Source: Candidatus Sumerlaeaceae bacterium (GTDB lineage Bacteria > Sumerlaeota > Sumerlaeia > Sumerlaeales > Sumerlaeaceae). From it: a DNA stretch of 64,000 nt. Positions 59,436 to 64,000 of this stretch are shown here, in pieces. The notes below the pieces were generated by a model. The model had not been told where the DNA came from, ran no database searches, and saw only the letters and a program-made list of their open reading frames with translations. Position 1 is the first letter of the stretch. Each line of letters begins with the position of its first letter. A program made the position numbers and the translations under genes. Location of the stretch: positions 128,001-192,000 of the forward strand of contig JBPCLP010000009.1 of NCBI GenBank assembly GCA_051003195.1, written 5' to 3'.

Positions 59436-61808
59436 ATGTCTTACCGCTCTTCTTTGGTCTCCCGCATTGCAAATACAGCCGCATTGCTTGCTTTCGTCAC
59501 CGGCGCGGCATTGCCGGCTAACGCGGTTACCCTGTTCTCGGATACGTTTCCTTCGACCACGCTCGGTACCGCGTGGACCAAATCCGGCATCAGCAACTGG
59601 CGCGTACAGGCCAGCTCGACGTACCGGGTCGGCACGAGCGGCTACGGTATCACCTTCGATGACAGCGTCAGCGATACGATCTATTCGACGTCTCGCCTGG
59701 ATCTGAAGCAGAACCTCGCCACATTCAGCAACGTCGTCCTTACTTTCCAGTTCCGCAATGTGGGTGACGAAATACACACGCAGGACGGTCTCTACCTTTC
59801 CACGAACAATGGTGCTTCGTACTCCAAGATCACGACGTGGTCGTTCCCGGCGATCTCTTCGACTTTCGCGTTACAGACGGTGAACATCTCGACGGCGGCG
59901 AGCAGCCTTGGCCTGGTGCTTGGGCCGAACACCATCATCCGCTGGCAGGAATACGACCAGGTGCCGCTGTCTTCAGATGGCGTCGCGATCGATAACGTCA
60001 CAGTCACCGGCGACACGGTCGCTTCTACGCGCAGCGGCGTCGGTGCGATCCCATACCCCAATGGCACCACCTTCCGTGTATGGGCACCGAGCGCCACCGG
60101 GGTCGCAGTCGGCGGTTCGTTCAATGCCTGGAGCGCCACGGCCAACAAGCTCGCGAACCAGGGCGGCGGCTGGTGGTCGGTGGACTTCAACCAGGCGATC
60201 ATCAACGACCAGTACAAGTTTGTGATCACGCACCCGACGCTGGGCACGCTTTGGCGGCAGGACCCCCAGGCGCGCCAGGTCGTAAACGATGCGGGCAATT
60301 GCATCATCATGGACCCGAGCTTTACCTGGGGCACGTACTCCTACACCACGCCCCCGTTTAACGAGCAGGTGATGTACGAGATGCACATCGGCACGATCAA
60401 CGACGTAGCCGGCGGCAGCCCCGGTAACTGGACGTCGGCCATCGCCAAGCTCGACCACCTGCAGGCACTTGGCGTGAACATGCTCGAGGTGATGCCGGCG
60501 ATGCAGTTCCCGGGCGACTTCTCCTGGGGCTACAACCCGCATTCGCAGTTTGCGCCGGAGGATATCTACGGCTCGCCGCAGAACATCAAAAGCTTCGTCG
60601 ATGGCGCGCACTCACGCGGCATGGGCGTCATGATGGACGTCGTGTTCAACCACATGGGATCGAGCCCGTATGAGAGCAGCATCCCGATCTGGAACTATGA
60701 CGGTGAAAGCTACGGCAACGGCGGCATCTACTTCTTCAGCGACTGGCGCAAGGAGACCCCGTGGGGCTGGTCGCGTCCGGACTACGGCCGCAACGAAGTG
60801 CGCGACTACCTGAAGGACGCGACCATGATGTGGCTGAACGACTACCGCATGGACGGCCTTCGCTGGGACAGCACGGTGAATATCCGTACGCAGAACAACG
60901 GCGGCGGCGGCGACATCGCCGAGGGCTGGAGCCTGATGCAGTACATCAACAACACGGTGGACGGCAGCGCCGGATTCAAGATCCAGGTGGCCGAGGACCT
61001 TCAGAATAACAGCGCCATAACCAACGGCACGGGCGCCGGCGGCGCGGGCTTCGACAGCCAGTGGGACGCGGAATTTGTGCACCCGATGCGCACCGCGATT
61101 ATTGGCGGCACGGATTCGGCGCGCGACATGAACGCCGTATCGGCGGCTATTACCCACAAGTACAACGGCTCGCACACGCAGCGTGTGATCTACACCGAAA
61201 GCCACGACGAAGTGGCCAACGGCAAAGCGCGCGTGCCCGAGGAAATCTGGCCCGGCAACGCCGGTAGCTGGGCGAGCAAGAAGCGGAGCACGCTGGGCGC
61301 GGGGCTGGTGTTCACTTCGCCTGGCATTCCGATGATCTTCCAGGGGCAGGAATTCCTCGAAGATGGCTACTTCGCGGATACCGACCCGCTCGACTGGACA
61401 AAGAATACAACTTACGCCGGGATCAAGAGCCTCTACACGGACCTGATCCGCCTGCGCCGCAACTGGTACAATAACACGCGCGGCCTGAAAGCGAACAACG
61501 TGAACGTGTACCACGTGAACAATACGAGCAAGCTGGTGGCGTTCCATCGCTGGGACGTCGGCGGAGCGGGCGACGATGTGGTCGTGGTGGCCAACTTCGC
61601 CAACGTTGGCTACACGGCGTACAACATCGGCATGCCGCGCAGCGGAACCTGGTACGTGCGCTTTAACAGCGACTGGAACGGGTACGCGGGTGACTTCAGC
61701 AACTGGAACTCGTACAACACGACGGCGAATTCGGGCGCGCAGCATGGGCTGCCGTACAACGCGAATGTGGGCATCGGCCCCTACACCGTGATCATCCTGT
61801 CACAGTAG
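59436..61808 (+). CDS. Secreted GH13 (CBM48; GlgB/TreZ-like) with an extra N-terminal beta domain
   Basis: Signal peptide ending ANA/VTLF; FRVWAP, YEMHIG, SWGYNP, DVVFNH, GLRWDS, AEDL, ESHDE. Confidence 0.9.
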   Translation: MSYRSSLVSRIANTAALLAFVTGAALPANAVTLFSDTFPSTTLGTAWTKSGISNWRVQASSTYRVGTSGYGITFDDSVSDTIYSTSRLDLKQNLATFSNVVLTFQFRNVGDEIHTQDGLYLSTNNGASYSKITTWSFPAISSTFALQTVNISTAASSLGLVLGPNTIIRWQEYDQVPLSSDGVAIDNVTVTGDTVASTRSGVGAIPYPNGTTFRVWAPSATGVAVGGSFNAWSATANKLANQGGGWWSVDFNQAIINDQYKFVITHPTLGTLWRQDPQARQVVNDAGNCIIMDPSFTWGTYSYTTPPFNEQVMYEMHIGTINDVAGGSPGNWTSAIAKLDHLQALGVNMLEVMPAMQFPGDFSWGYNPHSQFAPEDIYGSPQNIKSFVDGAHSRGMGVMMDVVFNHMGSSPYESSIPIWNYDGESYGNGGIYFFSDWRKETPWGWSRPDYGRNEVRDYLKDATMMWLNDYRMDGLRWDSTVNIRTQNNGGGGDIAEGWSLMQYINNTVDGSAGFKIQVAEDLQNNSAITNGTGAGGAGFDSQWDAEFVHPMRTAIIGGTDSARDMNAVSAAITHKYNGSHTQRVIYTESHDEVANGKARVPEEIWPGNAGSWASKKRSTLGAGLVFTSPGIPMIFQGQEFLEDGYFADTDPLDWTKNTTYAGIKSLYTDLIRLRRNWYNNTRGLKANNVNVYHVNNTSKLVAFHRWDVGGAGDDVVVVANFANVGYTAYNIGMPRSGTWYVRFNSDWNGYAGDFSNWNSYNTTANSGAQHGLPYNANVGIGPYTVIILSQ

Positions 61809-61823
61809 AGCAATAGGAGACAG

Positions 61824-61860
61824 TGGGCCGGCGCAGAAACCCGCGCCGGCCCAGTTTTTT
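61824..61860 (+). terminator. Rho-independent terminator
   Basis: TGGGCCGGCGC...GCGCCGGCCCA-GTTTTTT. Confidence 0.8.
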
Positions 61861-62278
61861 AAGCGGCAGGTACCAGATTAATCATCCAGCCGATGCCGAA
61901 GCGATCCGTCAGCATTCCAAACCGCGGAGACCAGAAGGTTTTACCCAGGGGCATCTGCACCTGTCCGCCATCGGCTAACGCCGCAAACACTCGGTCAGCC
62001 TCTGCTTGCGTTGGCACCGAAAGCGAAAGCGAGAAACCCTGGAACGCCGCTTTTTCGGCCGAGCATCCATCGGATGCCATCACAGTCGTCTCGCCAATCC
62101 GCAGCGCCGCGTGCATGACCTTGTCCTCGAAGCCGGCCGGCACCATTCCTGGCGGTGGGGGATCAGGACTCTCGTTATAGCGCATCACCATCTGTACTTC
62201 CGCTCCTGTCGCCTTGCGGTAAAACTCCAGCGCTTCCTGGCAGCGCCCATTGAAAAACAGGTACGGTTCCACTAACAT
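61859..62278 (-). CDS. VOC family PhnB/YjdN-like protein
   Basis: PYLFFNG.C.EAL.FY, VMHA, FW...FGMLTDRFGIGWM. Confidence 0.9.
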   Translation of the reverse strand: MLVEPYLFFNGRCQEALEFYRKATGAEVQMVMRYNESPDPPPPGMVPAGFEDKVMHAALRIGETTVMASDGCSAEKAAFQGFSLSLSVPTQAEADRVFAALADGGQVQMPLGKTFWSPRFGMLTDRFGIGWMINLVPAA

Positions 62279-62435
62279 GACTCCACTCCCATCTTTTTTG
62301 TCGTTCGTGGTAACGACGACCGAAACGCCGGCCCCAGGACAACCATGCAAAAAATCTCATGTCCTGGCCCAGCCGACAGCGCCTTAAAAAACATGCCGTG
62401 CCGTTGTGAATCCCCTCATTGATCGTTTCGCTAGC

Positions 62436-62498
62436 CCAGGCTAAAGCCTGTACTCCGAACGGGGCTGTACTGCGAACGGGGCTGTACTGCGAACGGGG
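62436..62498. repeat. REP-like hairpin running into three 17-bp tandem repeats
   Basis: CAGGCT-AA-AGCCTG-TACTCC; CTGTACT(C/G)CGAACGGGG x3 at 62448-62498. Confidence 0.8.
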
Positions 62499-62535
62499 CG
62501 ATCCTGTTTGCGCTAGTGGTGGCGGCTGGAGGTTT

Positions 62536-62643
62536 TTCAAGTTTTCAAGTTATTCAAGTTGGTATTCAAGTTTGCGTATGAAAGCTTGAAACGCCTGCAG
62601 ATATCTATTCAAGTTTTCAAGTTGGTAATTTCGCCACTTGAAT
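62536..62643. repeat. Cluster of TTCAAGTT octamers
   Basis: Six direct copies (62536, 62544, 62553, 62565, 62608, 62616) plus two inverted CTTGAA. Confidence 0.8.
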
Positions 62644-63110
62644 AGCGGTAATCCTCGCGTAAGAATTCGCCGGGGCCTTGTATCTCAGGCTTCCTTGTGC
62701 CATGGGCGGCTTTTTCCGCCAGGCGCATGGACGTAAAATGCCACGCGGATTGGGCGCAGAGGTCCGTCTTCCGTCGGTCACGGCGTTCGGGCTGCATAGT
62801 TGTCAAAGAACGTGTTCAGCTTTACTACGCTGACACGTTTACACCAGTTTGGTGGGGCCTGTCACTTCCCGGGCGTCGCCTTAGCATGGGCTAAGTCCAA
62901 TAAAGTCGAAAAATATTTTTGGGTGAATGTGCGCTGGTGCGTGCGGGCAACTCCGGAGGAGCGCCGTTGCTCGAGTGCCATTGATGTGGAGATTTCAGCG
63001 AGAAAGTATAATCGTCGAGCGTCGCAGAGTGGACGCGCTCCCAAGGCCGTAGATGATCTTGTGGTGAAGTATTGCTGACGCTAGCAAATTAATTAGTGAC
63101 AACGTCAACC

Positions 63111-63152
63111 GTCCACGTTATTCAGTCCTCGTTATTCAGTCCTCGTTATTCA
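63111..63152. repeat. Three 14-bp tandem repeats
   Basis: GTCC(A/T)CGTTATTCA x3. Confidence 0.85.
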
Positions 63153-63202
63153 GGGTCTTAAACCTGACCGGCTTCGAAACATGTAGCGGTTTTGAAATAG
63201 TA

Positions 63203-63592
63203 TCAGCTTATTGCGGTCAATGTAGCAAGAACGTCTTCGTCAGGTGTTCCTTCGCTCCAACCCAACCCGTTTAAAGCAAATTTGGAAAGCCGCCGAACAA
63301 GCCGCCACTCTGCCGACTCTTCCAAATGGCATAACTGCCAGAAGTACACTTGGTACGATGCGAGCATTAAATGTAACAATCCGTCCAACTCAAACAGCAC
63401 ATCAGGAACTTCGTCCACCGAGTTCAGAAAACCAGGAAGGATATCTACATAGGAATCGCATAGGCCGACCAGACCGTTTTGATCATTTATGTAATCTCGC
63501 GCCGCCTTCGACATACCATTGGGAATAACAACGCACCGAAGTTTCACCTGTTCCCCATAAGACAATGGGAACAAGGGGACAGGCCCTTTCAA
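63203..63592 (-). CDS. Hypothetical protein (lower GC); start uncertain
   Basis: ORF directly downstream of the transposase; an alternative ATG at 63514. Confidence 0.4.
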   Translation of the reverse strand: MKGPVPLFPLSYGEQVKLRCVVIPNGMSKAARDYINDQNGLVGLCDSYVDILPGFLNSVDEVPDVLFELDGLLHLMLASYQVYFWQLCHLEESAEWRLVRRLSKFALNGLGWSEGTPDEDVLATLTAIS

Positions 63593-64000
63593 AGTTCTGC
63601 AAACATGTCATGTGTAACATCTTTGTCGGCCAAGGCTTTGGCTTTTCTGCCGGAGGGCTGAGGTTGAAGAATGCGCTGGAGTTCTCCCTCTAGCCGCGTG
63701 ATGAAATCATTGGAACCGCAGGGCCGGCCAGTCATGGTGCTTGCGCGGATGCGCTCGATTTGCTGGGAGTTGAGTGCACTCTGCAGCCACTGCGCCCAGC
63801 CGTCGCAAGTCACCTCCCCGGGAAACGGGGACGTCGGCCAGTGCAGTCCGCCGTGGCCGCTGTTGCGCGGAGCGGAGATGCCGCAATGCGTGGCCGCACT
63901 GGACCATGCATACGACTCGGCGTCCACGCACATGGCAGCACGCACGGGGTTCAGTTCCACGTAGCGTACGGCGGTCCATAGGTGGTCGTCGTCAAGGGGT
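63589..64000 (-). mobile_element. REP-associated tyrosine transposase (RAYT/IS200-like Y1), 5' part outside the window
   Basis: DDHLWTAVRYVELNPVRA...YAWSSA; GRPCGS..F...LE. Confidence 0.85.

Noticed and set aside
62448..63152. Short repeats as a CRISPR array
   Set aside because: Units are 8-17 bp and adjacent, with no unique spacers; no cas genes in the window.
1..64000. tRNA, rRNA, tmRNA, RNase P RNA, integrase or prophage genes
   Set aside because: No signatures seen by eye; a covariance-model scan would be needed to exclude them.

Overview
GC-rich bacterial chromosomal window with about 50 genes. The pilin-like paralog style (GFTLIELLIVVAIIAILAAIAVPNFLEAQxRSKVSR...YDATNGT) and a C-terminal VNDWSMY tail suggest Ca. 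Sumerlaeota (BRC1); this is an inference. Most of the window is scattered housekeeping genes (cls, ygfZ, murG, lgt, murJ, bshA, hpf, moeB, yggS, purEK, mazG, proA, glnE, sdhC). It also has an MNT-HEPN toxin-antitoxin pair, a partial REP-associated tyrosine transposase with REP-like palindromes, sigma54 promoter candidates and a possible 6S RNA. The most interesting signal is an apparent pilin-based starch/alpha-glucan utilisation system at 1-7.8 kb. It comprises two type IV pilin-like genes, a non-catalytic protein made of X25-like starch-binding modules ending in VNDWSMY, a secreted CBM48-GH13 and a CBM20-esterase. The pilin genes are preceded by LacI-type TTAAACCGGTTTAA palindromes. The same palindromes recur, one 16/16 identical, in front of a second secreted GH13 about 52 kb away. 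All calls come from reading motifs by eye; no database searches were run.
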